Source: Gammaproteobacteria bacterium (GTDB taxonomy: Bacteria; Pseudomonadota; Gammaproteobacteria; UBA4575). From it: 64,000 nt of DNA. A model generated the notes under the pieces. It made no database searches. It was not told where the DNA came from and worked only from the letters and a program-made list of their open reading frames with translations. Below, one piece after another: positions 29,684-40,449 of the stretch (positions are counted from its first letter, which is position 1; each line of letters begins with the position of its first letter). Position numbers and translations under genes: made by a program. The DNA lies in the NCBI GenBank assembly GCA_965243395.1, contig CBDEUS010000002.1, positions 864,001-928,000 on the forward strand, written 5' to 3'.

Positions 29684-31336
29684 ATGAAAGCATCAGATCT
29701 TTTTGTTAAGTGCCTAGAAGAAGAAAATATCGAATACATATTCGGTGTTCCTGGTGAAGAGAATGCTGATTTTATGATTTCGTTAGAAGATTCCAAAAAA
29801 ATAAAATTTATTCTTACACGTCATGAACAAGGTGCAGCTTTCATGGCAGAGATCTATGGCCGACTTACTGGCAACCCCGCGGGCTGTTTAGGAACATTAG
29901 GGCCAGGTGCTACAAATTTAATTACCGGTGTTGCTGATTCAAATATGGATCGAGCCCCTATGCTGGTTTTAACTGGGCAGGGCTCTACATTACGCTTGCA
30001 TAAAGAGTCTCATCAAATCATGGATGTAGTAAAAATGTTTGAGCCTGTTACGAAATGGGCTACCACTGTATTACATCCTGAAACTATTCCTGAAATTATT
30101 CGCAAAGCTGTGCGTGTTGCACGTACCGAAAAACCGGGTGCGGTACATATTGAACTGCCTGAGGATCTTGCGAAAATTGATACGTCCGCAAAACCTATCA
30201 AGCCGCAGCGTTATATGCGTTCAGTTCCGGATGAAGAAGTCATAGATAACGCATTTGAAATTATCGCGAGTAGTAAGCGACCTATTATCCTTGCGGGTAA
30301 TGGTGTGATCCGTAAAGATGCCAGCAAGCAGTTGCGAAAATTTTGCGAACTTACAGATATTGGTGTGATGAGCACCTTTATGGCCAAAGGATGTGTAGAT
30401 AAAGATTCTGAGCATTGTTTATTTACAATTGGATTAGGGAGTCGAGATCGAATGTCATTTTTAATAGATGATGCAGATGTCGTAATCACGCTAGGTTTTG
30501 ATATGGTTGAGTATCATCCGAGTTTATGGAATCCCGGTTGTGATAAAAAAATCATCCATGCGGATTTTTTACCGGCTGAGATTGATCAGCATTATCATCC
30601 ACAGATAGAACTGATTGGTGATCTAGAGCATACCCTTGAAGAATTGAACATACGTGCAAAGTCGCGCGCAAAATTTTTGTACGACACTTCTAAACAAAAA
30701 CAAGTTCGACAAGACATGATTGAAGATCTTGCCGAACATAAAGACGACGACACAAAGGGAAGTGTGCGGCCTCAAAAAGCGCTTTGGGATGCTCGTCAAG
30801 TGTTGGGGCCTGATGATATTTTATTATCCGATGTTGGCGCACACAAAATGTGGATTGCGCGTTATTACCATTGCCATAATCCCAATACATGTTTAATCCC
30901 TAATGGATTCTGCTCAATGGGATTTGCATTGCCGGGTGCAATCGCAGCCAATATGGTGTATCCGGATCGACGCATATTAGGTATTGCTGGAGATGCGGGT
31001 TTTTTAATGAATGTGCAGGAAATGGAAACCGCTAAGCGTTTAAATAGCAATATTGTAATTATGGTCTGGGAGGATCATGAATACGGGTTGATTGCATGGA
31101 AGCAACAAAATGAATTCGGAAAACATACTGATCTTTCATTCCAAAATCCGGATTGGGAGCTGTTGGCGAAATCATTTGGATGGAATGGATATCTTGTAGA
31201 AAACAGTAAAGTTTTACAATCCACGCTAGAAACTGCATTTAATGATGGTGCACCCAGTTTAGTAGTCGTGCCAATTGATTATCGTGAAAACATGTTGCTT
31301 ACTAAACGTCTTGGTGAATTAACCTTACCAATGTAA
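29684..31336 (+). CDS. ThDP-dependent acetolactate-synthase-like decarboxylase (candidate 2-oxoglutarate decarboxylase)
   Basis: FGVPGEEN, RHEQGAAFMA, LGPGATN, HKESHQ, SDVGAHKMW, GDAGFLMN, GLIAWKQ; no regulatory small subunit adjacent. Confidence 0.85.
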   Translation: MKASDLFVKCLEEENIEYIFGVPGEENADFMISLEDSKKIKFILTRHEQGAAFMAEIYGRLTGNPAGCLGTLGPGATNLITGVADSNMDRAPMLVLTGQGSTLRLHKESHQIMDVVKMFEPVTKWATTVLHPETIPEIIRKAVRVARTEKPGAVHIELPEDLAKIDTSAKPIKPQRYMRSVPDEEVIDNAFEIIASSKRPIILAGNGVIRKDASKQLRKFCELTDIGVMSTFMAKGCVDKDSEHCLFTIGLGSRDRMSFLIDDADVVITLGFDMVEYHPSLWNPGCDKKIIHADFLPAEIDQHYHPQIELIGDLEHTLEELNIRAKSRAKFLYDTSKQKQVRQDMIEDLAEHKDDDTKGSVRPQKALWDARQVLGPDDILLSDVGAHKMWIARYYHCHNPNTCLIPNGFCSMGFALPGAIAANMVYPDRRILGIAGDAGFLMNVQEMETAKRLNSNIVIMVWEDHEYGLIAWKQQNEFGKHTDLSFQNPDWELLAKSFGWNGYLVENSKVLQSTLETAFNDGAPSLVVVPIDYRENMLLTKRLGELTLPM

Positions 31337-31344
31337 TCGTTACA

Positions 31345-32787
31345 ATGAGCAATAAAAAATATTCTTTAATGCTTCATAAAGCATCCACAGCGGCTGGAGC
31401 AATTGAAGTACATGCTCCTTTTGATCGCAGTGTCATTGCCGAAGTAGAAACAGTTAATGCAGATCATATCGATCAAGCAATGTCTATTGCTTACTCACTC
31501 TATCGCGATAAAAGTAGCTGGATACCTTTGCATAAACGCATCGAGATTCTTGAGAAAACGGCCCAAATAATGACTCAAGAGCAAGAACGCTTGGCAATTG
31601 AAGCTGCGAGAGAAGGGGGTAAACCGCTTATTGATTCAAAAGTTGAAGTTGCACGTGCTATTGATGGTATCCATTTATGTATTGAAACTTTGAAGACAGA
31701 CCAAGGCGAAGTGATTCCCATGGGCATGTCGCTGTCATCTGAAAAACGAATTGCGATTACACAAAAAGAACCCATAGGAGTAGTGGTTGCCGTGAGTGCG
31801 TTCAATCACCCTCTAAACCTAATTGTGCATCAAGTAGCGGCTGCTGTTGCCGCGGGCTGCCCAGTCATAGTTAAACCTGCTGAAGATACTCCAATTTCTT
31901 GCCTGAATTTTGTAAATATTCTCTGGCAAGCAGGCTTGCCTACAGAATGGTGTCAAGCTGTCATTCCTGAAAGTATTGCGGTAGCCGAAAAATTAGTGAC
32001 CGATGAGCGAGTTGGCTTTTTCAGTTTTATTGGCAGTGCCAAAGTGGGCTGGATGCTACGCTCAAAATTAGCACCCGGTGTGCGTTGTGCACTTGAGCAT
32101 GGCGGTGCAGCCCCCGTAATCGTTGCCGAAGATGCAGATCTTGATCTGGCCATACCAAAGCTGGGTAAGGGTGGCTTTTATCACGCAGGCCAAGTGTGTG
32201 TGTCCGTTCAGCGTATTTTTGCGCATACAAAGGTTTTTGATTCAGTTGTAGAAAAACTTTCGACTTATGCACAACAACAGCGGATTGGTGATCCAACTCT
32301 TGAAGAAACCGAAGTAGGGCCATTGATTCGCCCAGCTGAACTGCAAAGAATCGAAACATGGGTGAACGAGGCTAAATCCGAAGGTGCTGAATGCAGTATG
32401 GGTGGAAATGCCATAAGCGAGACTTGTTATGAGTGTACGGTGTTATCAAAACCTTCGTCCGAAAGTAAAGTGAGTACCGCAGAAATTTTTGGGCCTGTTG
32501 TGTGTGTATATGATTATGAAGATATAGAACAAGCTTTACAGCAAGCCAACGCATTACCGTTTTCTTTCCAGGCCGCAATGTTTACCAGCAATATTGATAC
32601 GGCTATGCATGTGTATAAAAATATCGATGCTTCAGCAGTAATGCTGAATGATCACACTGCATTTCGTATCGATGGCATGCCGTTTGCAGGGCTAAAACAG
32701 TCAGGTCTTGGCGTTGGTGGTATTCCTCACACCATTGAAGATATGCAAGTGAATAAAATGCTTGTGATGCACTCACCTAATCTCTAA
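31345..32787 (+). CDS. Aldehyde dehydrogenase (candidate succinic semialdehyde dehydrogenase)
   Basis: AFNHPLNL, VKPAE, FIGSAKVG, LEHGG, HAGQVCVS, EIFGPV, MPFAGLKQSG. Confidence 0.9.
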   Translation: MSNKKYSLMLHKASTAAGAIEVHAPFDRSVIAEVETVNADHIDQAMSIAYSLYRDKSSWIPLHKRIEILEKTAQIMTQEQERLAIEAAREGGKPLIDSKVEVARAIDGIHLCIETLKTDQGEVIPMGMSLSSEKRIAITQKEPIGVVVAVSAFNHPLNLIVHQVAAAVAAGCPVIVKPAEDTPISCLNFVNILWQAGLPTEWCQAVIPESIAVAEKLVTDERVGFFSFIGSAKVGWMLRSKLAPGVRCALEHGGAAPVIVAEDADLDLAIPKLGKGGFYHAGQVCVSVQRIFAHTKVFDSVVEKLSTYAQQQRIGDPTLEETEVGPLIRPAELQRIETWVNEAKSEGAECSMGGNAISETCYECTVLSKPSSESKVSTAEIFGPVVCVYDYEDIEQALQQANALPFSFQAAMFTSNIDTAMHVYKNIDASAVMLNDHTAFRIDGMPFAGLKQSGLGVGGIPHTIEDMQVNKMLVMHSPNL

Positions 32788-32805
32788 TCAAGTATCCATT
32801 TGATC

Positions 32806-34425
32806 ATGAAAGAAGATATCGAAGCTACAGGGTTCGATGTTTTGTTTAATGCTGCTTTAAATAAAGGCACATCATTTACCGAAGCAGAACGGAAAAAATA
32901 TAAATTACGTGGCCTGTTACCTCCTGGGGTATCCGATCCAGATGTTCAATTAAATCGTGCCTTGCAAAATATGCGTCGTAAACATTACGACATTGAACGT
33001 TACATTTTTTTATCGGCATTGCAAAGTAGAAACGAAAGACTGTTCTATCGCTTAATTCTAGAGAACATCCAAGAGGTTATGCCGTTAATTTACACGCCCA
33101 CGGTTGGTCAGGCATGCAAGGAGTTTGCTGCAATCTTTCGGCAACCAAAGGGAATTTATATTACAGCCGAGGACCGAGGAAATGTGTCTGAGATATTAAG
33201 CAACTGGCCGGAAGAAGATGTGCGTGTGATCGTTGTTACGGATGGTGAGAGGATACTTGGCTTAGGTGATCTGGGAGCAAATGGCATGGGTATTCCAATT
33301 GGCAAACTTGCTTTATATGTCGCTTGTGCCGGAATTCAGCCCAATCAATGTTTACCAGTGATGATCGATGTGGGAACAAATAACCAGGAGATGCTGGATG
33401 ATCCACTGTATTTGGGCCTGAGGCACAAAAGAATACAGGGCGAAGAATATGATGCACTTGTCGATGAGTTTATTAACTCTGTTCAAGCTGCCTACCCAAA
33501 AGCACTCATACAGTTTGAGGATTTTCTTACGCCCAATGCCTATCGGTTGTTAAATAAATACCGCAACCAAGTATTGTGTTTCAATGATGATATCCAAGGT
33601 ACCGCAGGCGTTGCTTTAGCAGGTGTATATGCCTCCACTAGAATTTCAGGTCTGGCTTTTAAAGATTTACGCATAATGTTTCTCGGCGCGGGCTCTGCCG
33701 CAACCGGAATTGCTGACTTAATAACCTATGCTTTTCAAAAAGAAGGGTTCTCAGAAGATGAAGCAAGAAAAAAACTATGGTTTGTCGATATCAATGGTTT
33801 AGTCGTTCAGTCACGTGATGATTTGCTACCACATAATTTACCCTATGCACACGATCACCCTACCGCAGATTTCATTTCGGCCATTAAACAAATTAAGCCA
33901 CATGTATTAATCGGCGCTACAGGATTTCCAGGAACATTTACAGAAGAGGCCGTGAAACTCATGGCTGAAATCAACCAACGGCCCGCTTTGTTTGCGCTAT
34001 CAAATCCAACTTCACGCGCAGAGTGTACAGCGGAACAAGCTTACAACTGGACCCAAGGACGTGCGATTTTTACGAGTGGTAGCCCATTTGATGCCGTGCA
34101 ATATAAAGATCACTATTTCAAACCAGGTCAGGGTAACAATGCATACATATTTCCTGGCATTGGTCTAGGTGCAGTTGTAAGTGAGGCTTCCAGGATATCG
34201 GAAGATATGTTTTTAGTCGCAGCTAAAACACTTGCAAATATGGTGAGTGAAGAGGATTTGTCTGTGGGAGCAATTTATCCCCCATTACAAAATATTCGTG
34301 ATGTCTCGTTGCAAATTGCAGTAGCAGTTGCCGAAGAAATTATCTCAAGTAAATTAGATTCAATTCGAAAAGTAGATAATTTGCAGCAGAAAATTGAAGA
34401 GTATATGTATCAACCTGCTTACTAA
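32806..34425 (+). CDS. maeA: Malic enzyme (MaeA/SfcA type)
   Basis: NKGTSF, RGLLPP, IYTPTVG, VTDGERILGLGDLG, QFEDF, FNDDIQGT, GAGSA, LSNPTS, QGNNAYIFPG. Confidence 0.92.
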   Translation: MKEDIEATGFDVLFNAALNKGTSFTEAERKKYKLRGLLPPGVSDPDVQLNRALQNMRRKHYDIERYIFLSALQSRNERLFYRLILENIQEVMPLIYTPTVGQACKEFAAIFRQPKGIYITAEDRGNVSEILSNWPEEDVRVIVVTDGERILGLGDLGANGMGIPIGKLALYVACAGIQPNQCLPVMIDVGTNNQEMLDDPLYLGLRHKRIQGEEYDALVDEFINSVQAAYPKALIQFEDFLTPNAYRLLNKYRNQVLCFNDDIQGTAGVALAGVYASTRISGLAFKDLRIMFLGAGSAATGIADLITYAFQKEGFSEDEARKKLWFVDINGLVVQSRDDLLPHNLPYAHDHPTADFISAIKQIKPHVLIGATGFPGTFTEEAVKLMAEINQRPALFALSNPTSRAECTAEQAYNWTQGRAIFTSGSPFDAVQYKDHYFKPGQGNNAYIFPGIGLGAVVSEASRISEDMFLVAAKTLANMVSEEDLSVGAIYPPLQNIRDVSLQIAVAVAEEIISSKLDSIRKVDNLQQKIEEYMYQPAY

Positions 34426-34427
34426 AG

Positions 34428-34458
34428 TAAAACGGCAAACTGTTAGTTTGCCGTTTTA
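34428..34458. terminator. Bidirectional intrinsic terminator
   Basis: TAAAACGGCAAACT-GTT-AGTTTGCCGTTTTA between convergent genes. Confidence 0.85.
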
Positions 34459-34480
34459 ATTACGTTGAATTATTTCTTTT

Positions 34481-34750
34481 CTAGCTTTCTTTATCTTTGT
34501 ATTTGCATTGTTTTTTCATTTCGTCTTCTGTTAAAACACCGTCACTATTAGCGTCTTTCTCCATAAAACGTTGTTCCTTATGGGACATGAACTCCTCTTT
34601 GCTGACTGTTCCATCACCATCTGTATCCATCATTTTCATCTTATCTTTTCCATCACCATGATGGCCTGCATTGACATGTGAAATTCCTAACGCACTAACA
34701 ATTAGCACGATTGATAAAACTGAAATTAATTGCTTATATTTGTTTGTCAT
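34481..34750 (-). CDS. Small secreted EF-hand Ca2+-binding protein
   Basis: Signal peptide ending VNA; EF-hand loops DTDGDGTVSKEE and DANSDGVLTEDE. Confidence 0.85.
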   Translation of the reverse strand: MTNKYKQLISVLSIVLIVSALGISHVNAGHHGDGKDKMKMMDTDGDGTVSKEEFMSHKEQRFMEKDANSDGVLTEDEMKKQCKYKDKES

Positions 34751-34795
34751 TTTATTGCTCCAATACGTTGATGCTGTTTGAGTTGTAATTGTTCT

Positions 34796-34822
34796 TTAGA
34801 ATCCGCTGTTTAGCCGAAGTTC
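34796..34822 (-). promoter_or_regulatory. Sigma-E (RpoE/AlgU)-type promoter
   Basis: Minus strand GAACTT-N16-TCTAA, 45 bp upstream of the EF-hand gene start. Confidence 0.7.
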
Positions 34823-34841
34823 AATTTATATAGCAAAATAG

Positions 34842-35477
34842 TTAGTTTTTAGTCTTTCCTTTAAATTCACATAAATCAACAATTGAGCACTCACCGCATT
34901 TAGGGTTGCGCGCAACACAGGTATAGCGCCCATGGAGAATTAACCAATGATGTGCATGAAGTTTGTATTGTTCAGGAACAAACTTTTCAAGCTTTAACTC
35001 GACTTGAAGTACATCTTTGCCTGGAGCAATCCCAGTACGATTAGAGACACGAAAAATATGTGTATCTACTGCAATTGTAGGTTGACCAAATGCATTATTC
35101 AGGACTACGTTCGCAGTTTTCCTACCAACACCAGGTAATTTTTGCAATGTTTCACGATCACGAGGGATTCGGCAACGATGTTCATCAATTAACACTTTAC
35201 AGGTCTTGATTATATTTTTTGCTTTACTGTTATAAAGTCCGATCGACTTAATATGCTTTTTTAACCCCGTCTCACCGAGATCGAGCATTTTTTGCGGTGT
35301 ATTCGCAACCTTATAGAGCTCCTTTGTTGCTTTGTTGACACTTACATCAGTGGCTTGGGCAGAGAGTATGACCGATATCAATAGTTCAAAATTAGACTTA
35401 TGAACGAGTTCAGTTTTAGGGGCAGGGTTGGCTTTTTTTAAACGTCTGAAAATTTCACTACGCTTTTCTTTATTCAT
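34842..35477 (-). CDS. nth: Endonuclease III
   Basis: LSAQATD, HhH LPGVGRKTANV, VDTH, HGRYTC..RNPKCGECSIVDLC. Confidence 0.97.
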   Translation of the reverse strand: MNKEKRSEIFRRLKKANPAPKTELVHKSNFELLISVILSAQATDVSVNKATKELYKVANTPQKMLDLGETGLKKHIKSIGLYNSKAKNIIKTCKVLIDEHRCRIPRDRETLQKLPGVGRKTANVVLNNAFGQPTIAVDTHIFRVSNRTGIAPGKDVLQVELKLEKFVPEQYKLHAHHWLILHGRYTCVARNPKCGECSIVDLCEFKGKTKN

Positions 35478-35485
35478 TTTTAGTT

Positions 35486-35878
35486 TTATCTATTTAACAA
35501 CTTATTCTTCTTACGCTCAAAAGCTAATTGTTTGGTCATTTTTTCTTTTGCAAGACGTTGATCACGCCTTTGTTTGTTTTCACGTGATAGTTTAGCAAAG
35601 TTCCTTTTTATTTCGCTTAGCTGATCATCTGATAATGTTTTACATGCTTCTTGAAATTCTGAATTAGGATTTAAATCTATACAATCTACCGGACAAGGAG
35701 GTAGGCATAATTTACAACCTGTGCAGTAAAATTTAATTACCGTATGAATTTGTTTGGATGCTCCGATGATGGCATCAAATGGACATGCTTTAATGCAAAG
35801 TGTGCAACCTATGCACTCTTGTTCGCGAATGAAGGCTATATATTTGCCTGTAGGAATACTATCTGTGTTTATAGCCAC
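35486..35878 (-). CDS. RnfB/RsxB-like 2x[4Fe-4S] ferredoxin, lacking the N-terminal domain
   Basis: [19 protein letters not shown] and [16 protein letters not shown]; located between metG and nth. Confidence 0.8.
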   Translation of the reverse strand: MAINTDSIPTGKYIAFIREQECIGCTLCIKACPFDAIIGASKQIHTVIKFYCTGCKLCLPPCPVDCIDLNPNSEFQEACKTLSDDQLSEIKRNFAKLSRENKQRRDQRLAKEKMTKQLAFERKKNKLLNR

Positions 35879-35881
35879 ATT

Positions 35882-37915
35882 TTATTTCACGCGCATACCT
35901 GGTTTAGCCCCGCTATCCGGCTGCAATAAAAAGATGTCTTTGTTGCCAGGCCCAGCAGCGAGTACCATGCCTTCAGACATGCCAAAACGCATTTTGCGAG
36001 GCGCAAGATTGGCAACAACTACGGTGAGTCGCCCTTCAATATCTTCAGGTGCGTAGGCAGATTTTATTCCTGCAAAAACATTTTTTTGTATGTTGCCTGT
36101 AGGCTCGCCAAGATCTAATGTTAATTGCAAAAGTTTATCAGCACCTTCAACATGTTCAGCTTTGACAATTTTAGCGACTCTAAAGTCGAGTTTAGCAAAA
36201 TCATCAAACGTGATTTCGTCGCTGATTGGATCGCTGGCAACAGGTGCTGTATCTTGTTTTGAATCTTCTATCATTTTATCAATTGAATCTTTTTCTATTC
36301 GTGTAATCAAGGGTTTAAATTTATTAATTGTATGACCCTCAGGGAGAGGTTCACCGTTATAAAGTCTTTCCCAACTAAATTCTGTATTCAAAAATACTTC
36401 TGATTTGGCAGCCAATTCAGGTAACACTGGTTTTAAATAACCAATCAGCAAACGAAACATATTTAGTCCAAAGCTACATACCTGATGCACTTCGGTTCTG
36501 TTGCTGTCTTGCTTTATTTTTTTCCAAGGTTTATGAGCATCGATAATCTGGTTGGCAATATCTGCAACTGACATTATCACGCGCATAGCTTCGGAATATT
36601 TTCGTGACTCGTAATACATTTTAATTTGATTATTTTTTTCAACAGCCAAATCAAATGCATGTGTACACTCATCATTAAAACTTGAAGTAAGTTTGGCATC
36701 AAACTTTTTAGTAATAAATCCGGCACAACGGCTGGCAATATTTACGAGTTTACCTACAACATCACTATTTACGCGTTGTTGAAAGTCTTCCAAATTAAGA
36801 TCGATGTCACTAACTCCTGGTCCTAGCTTGGCAGCAAAGTAGTAGCGTAAGTACTCGGGATTTAAATGCTCTAAATAAGTGCGCGCTTTAATAAATGTGC
36901 CACGTGATTTCGACATTTTCTTGCCATCTACGGTAAGAAAGCCATGGCAAAAGACTGCAGTGGGTATTCGGTAATCAGCGCCATGTAACATTGCTGGCCA
37001 AAACAACATGTGAAAGTAGGCGATATCTTTACCAATGAAGTGATACACCTCGGCATCACTATCAGGATTCCAATAATGATGGAAATCTTTCCCACCGTTG
37101 TTAGATGTGTTGTCAATGTATTGTTGTAAGCTTGCCATGTAACCAATGGGAGCATCTAACCATACGTAAAAATATTTTCCTGGTGCATCAGGAATTTCAA
37201 ATCCAAAGTAAGGCGCGTCACGTGAGATATCCCAATCTTGCAAGCCCGAATCAAACCATTCTTTTAATTTATTTGTGATTTCAGGCTGTAAATTATCTTG
37301 ATTAATCCATTCTTCCAAAACATCTTTAAAATCATTCAGTTTAAAGAAATAGTGTAAATTCTCTTTTTGGATGGGTGTTGCACCGCTTACAGAAGAATAG
37401 GGATTAATTAAATCTGCGGGTGTATAGGTTGATCCACATACTTCACAATTATCGCCGTATTGATCTTTTGCATGACATTTTGGGCATTCACCTTTAACAA
37501 ACCGATCGGGAAGAAACACATTTTCTTTTGGATCAAAGAGATCAGTTACTGTTTTGGTTGTGATATGACCATTATTTTTTAATCGTTCATAAATAGTGGT
37601 GGCGTGCTTTTTATTTTCTTCTGAGTGGGTAGAGTGATAATTATCAAATTCGATTAAAAAATCAGCAAAATCTTTTTCATGTTCGAGTTTCACTCTGGAA
37701 ATCAATTCTTCAGGCGTAATTCCCTCTTGCTGCGCGCGCAACATAATGGGAGTGCCATGCGCATCGTCGGCACATATATAAATACAGTCGTGACCACACA
37801 TTTTTTGAAAACGTGACCAAATATCGGTTTGTAAATATTCGACTAAATGACCGATATGAATAGGGCCGTTTGCGTAAGGCAATGCACTGGTGACAAGGAT
37901 AGTTCTTTTATTCAC
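35882..37915 (-). CDS. metG: Methionine--tRNA ligase
   Basis: [13 protein letters not shown], Zn knuckle, KMSKS, C-terminal tRNA-binding OB fold. Confidence 0.98.
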   Translation of the reverse strand: MNKRTILVTSALPYANGPIHIGHLVEYLQTDIWSRFQKMCGHDCIYICADDAHGTPIMLRAQQEGITPEELISRVKLEHEKDFADFLIEFDNYHSTHSEENKKHATTIYERLKNNGHITTKTVTDLFDPKENVFLPDRFVKGECPKCHAKDQYGDNCEVCGSTYTPADLINPYSSVSGATPIQKENLHYFFKLNDFKDVLEEWINQDNLQPEITNKLKEWFDSGLQDWDISRDAPYFGFEIPDAPGKYFYVWLDAPIGYMASLQQYIDNTSNNGGKDFHHYWNPDSDAEVYHFIGKDIAYFHMLFWPAMLHGADYRIPTAVFCHGFLTVDGKKMSKSRGTFIKARTYLEHLNPEYLRYYFAAKLGPGVSDIDLNLEDFQQRVNSDVVGKLVNIASRCAGFITKKFDAKLTSSFNDECTHAFDLAVEKNNQIKMYYESRKYSEAMRVIMSVADIANQIIDAHKPWKKIKQDSNRTEVHQVCSFGLNMFRLLIGYLKPVLPELAAKSEVFLNTEFSWERLYNGEPLPEGHTINKFKPLITRIEKDSIDKMIEDSKQDTAPVASDPISDEITFDDFAKLDFRVAKIVKAEHVEGADKLLQLTLDLGEPTGNIQKNVFAGIKSAYAPEDIEGRLTVVVANLAPRKMRFGMSEGMVLAAGPGNKDIFLLQPDSGAKPGMRVK

Positions 37916-38127
37916 AGATATTCTTATTTACTAAAACAATTTGATAACAAATCTCGATGCTGTTTCTAAAGCGCTGGCTACCTTAACAGTTCAGCTATAA
38001 AACCGCTATTTTGCATTTGATTGTAGGGCTTTCAGCTACTCAAATAGGGATCTTTGCTGTCTATTCTGGCGTGATATAGTACTTACTAACTCTATATTTA
38101 CCCCATAATTTTAGGAGAATAAGAAGC

Positions 38128-39216
38128 ATGGCCGAGCTTACCAAAGAGCAAGTAGAAGCTGTACTCAAAGACATCCAAGATCCAAATATTGGCAAAAATT
38201 TAATGGCGAGTAATGCTGTTAAAAACATTGAACTCGATGCAGGTAACGTCAATGTAGAAATTAAGCTAGGCTATCCGGCAAAAAGTATTGCAGAAGATCT
38301 TGCAGCTGAAATTGAAGGCGCTATTCGCGAAGCCGGGGCAGAAAATGTTCAAGCAGATGTTGGGTGGACGATCGAAGCTCATTCTGTACAAAAAAGCCTC
38401 AAGCCGCTTGAAAATATTAAAAATGTAATTGCTGTTGCTTCAGGAAAAGGGGGTGTAGGTAAATCCACTACTGCTATTAATTTAGCATTAGCTCTTTCAA
38501 TGGAAGGCGCGAGCGTTGGAATTCTGGACGCCGATATTTATGGTCCGAGTCAGCCACGAATGTTGGGAATTAGTGGGCAACCAAAATCTAACGATGGTAA
38601 AAGTTTAGAACCAATGGAAGCACATGGCTTACAGGCAATGTCCATCGGGTTTCTAATTGACGAAGAAACCCCAATGATTTGGCGTGGACCTATGGTGACT
38701 CAAGCTTTAGAACAGTTGCTAAATGATACTCAATGGCGCGGGCTCGATTATTTAGTGGTTGATTTACCTCCAGGTACAGGAGATGTTCAACTTACTTTAG
38801 CGCAAAAAATACCTGTTAGTGGTGCCATCATCGTGACGACCCCTCAAGACATTGCATTGCTGGATGCACGCAAGGGATTGAAGATGTTCGAGAAAGTAGA
38901 AGTACCCGTGTTAGGTGTAGTTGAAAATATGAGTATTCATATTTGTAGTAAATGTGGGCATGAAGAACACATTTTTGGAGAAGGCGGCGGAAAAGCAATG
39001 GCTGAAGAATCTGGAGTCGAGATGCTGGGTGCATTACCACTCGATATTCGTATCCGTGAACAAGTTGATGGAGGTAACCCAAGTGTAGTGGCAATGCCAG
39101 ATACGCGTATTGCAGAAATTTATCAAGAGATTGCACGTAAGGCAGCAGCAAAACTTGCAGTTAAAGGAAAAGACTACAGCGCTAAGTTCCCTAAGATTGT
39201 CATTCAAAACACTTAA
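38128..39216 (+). CDS. apbC: Fe-S cluster carrier ApbC/Mrp
   Basis: SGKGGVGKST, DADIYGPS, WRGPM, DLPPGTGD, ENMS..CSKC. Confidence 0.96.
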   Translation: MAELTKEQVEAVLKDIQDPNIGKNLMASNAVKNIELDAGNVNVEIKLGYPAKSIAEDLAAEIEGAIREAGAENVQADVGWTIEAHSVQKSLKPLENIKNVIAVASGKGGVGKSTTAINLALALSMEGASVGILDADIYGPSQPRMLGISGQPKSNDGKSLEPMEAHGLQAMSIGFLIDEETPMIWRGPMVTQALEQLLNDTQWRGLDYLVVDLPPGTGDVQLTLAQKIPVSGAIIVTTPQDIALLDARKGLKMFEKVEVPVLGVVENMSIHICSKCGHEEHIFGEGGGKAMAEESGVEMLGALPLDIRIREQVDGGNPSVVAMPDTRIAEIYQEIARKAAAKLAVKGKDYSAKFPKIVIQNT

Positions 39217-39231
39217 TCGTTCGATTCAAAG

Positions 39232-39714
39232 TTGTCTAGGTTGAAGTATCATTTAATAGCAAATGTACTTATTTGTTTTACAATACTGCTCCTATCAGGT
39301 TGCGGAACATTAGATAAACGTTTAAACCCTATTCAACCAAAAGTATTTATTGGCGATATTGAACTAGAAGACGCAAATTTATCAGGAGTCACTGCACTGC
39401 TCACGCTAAACATAGAAAATCCAAATGACTTCGCTTTAAATGCAAAGGGTTTGGACTACACAATGAGTTTGTCGGGAACTAATATTCTGAGCGGAGAAAA
39501 CCAAAATAATATGTCTGTTCCAGCATTAGGTAGTGGCAAAATTGAAGTGCCGGTACGGATATCTTATGCATCACTATTGGAAACTATTCCGAATGTTATG
39601 CAAACGGGTGTGGCTTCGTATAATTTTTCAGGCAATATTCATACACGTTTGTTTAAAGTACCTTTTGATAAAACCGATGAGTTAAAATTACCTTACGTAG
39701 GTGACTCAAATTAA
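39232..39714 (+). CDS. LEA type 2 (WHy domain) lipoprotein
   Basis: Lipobox LSG-C; ENPNDFAL motif. Confidence 0.8.
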   Translation: MSRLKYHLIANVLICFTILLLSGCGTLDKRLNPIQPKVFIGDIELEDANLSGVTALLTLNIENPNDFALNAKGLDYTMSLSGTNILSGENQNNMSVPALGSGKIEVPVRISYASLLETIPNVMQTGVASYNFSGNIHTRLFKVPFDKTDELKLPYVGDSN

Positions 39715-39741
39715 AGATTAATTTATTTCTGATTTAGTTTT

Positions 39742-40308
39742 ATGGCAATAAAATCTGACCGTTGGATCCGCGAGATGGCGGAAAAGTATGGCATGATTCA
39801 ACCATTTGAAGCTGGCCAAGTGCGTGAGAATGGCCATGGTCGCATGATTTCATATGGCACATCGAGTTACGGCTATGATGTGCGTTGTGCCGATCATTTT
39901 AAAATTTTTACCAATATAAACTCTGCTATCGTGGACCCAAAAGGGTTTGATGAAGATAGTTTCGTTGACGTACGTGGAAGTGAATGTGTAATTCCACCCA
40001 ACTCATTTGCATTGGCTAGTACCATTGAATATTTCCGCATTCCACGTTCAGTGCTGACGATTTGTTTAGGCAAATCTACCTATGCGCGCTGTGGCATCAT
40101 TGTAAATGTCACACCGCTTGAGCCTGAATGGGAAGGGCATGTCACTTTGGAGTTTTCCAACACTACACCATTGCCAGCAAAAATTTATGCCAACGAAGGT
40201 GTTGCGCAAATGTTGTTCTTTGAATCCGATGAAGTTTGTGAAACTTCATATAAAGACCGTGGCGGGAAATATCAAGGTCAAAAAGGCGTAACACTACCAA
40301 AAGCATAA
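39742..40308 (+). CDS. dcd: dCTP deaminase
   Basis: [39 protein letters not shown]. Confidence 0.97.
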   Translation: MAIKSDRWIREMAEKYGMIQPFEAGQVRENGHGRMISYGTSSYGYDVRCADHFKIFTNINSAIVDPKGFDEDSFVDVRGSECVIPPNSFALASTIEYFRIPRSVLTICLGKSTYARCGIIVNVTPLEPEWEGHVTLEFSNTTPLPAKIYANEGVAQMLFFESDEVCETSYKDRGGKYQGQKGVTLPKA

Positions 40309-40380
40309 GTGAGCACATGAATGTGTGAAAATGAAGTCCATCAGGGATGATGCAACAAATTAAAGTTAGGTGATTTCAAA

Positions 40381-40408
40381 ATGTCCGTAATCGGCAAATA
40401 GCGGTTAT
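40381..40408 (+). repeat. 28-bp imperfect palindrome, copy 1 (putative recombination site)
   Basis: ATGTCCGTAAT-CGGCAA-ATAGCGGTTAT; 20/28 identical to the copy at 41790. Confidence 0.55.
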
Positions 40409-40449
40409 ACGTTAAATAAGATTCTGATTCTAACTCTAAAGAATTGCAC

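Noticed and set aside
29684-31336. Call as biosynthetic ilvB/ilvI
   Set aside because: No small subunit or ilvC nearby; motifs fit the OgdA-like clade better
40339-40352. CATCA-GGGA-TGATG CsrA-type hairpin after dcd
   Set aside because: Single isolated motif with no promoter or terminator context
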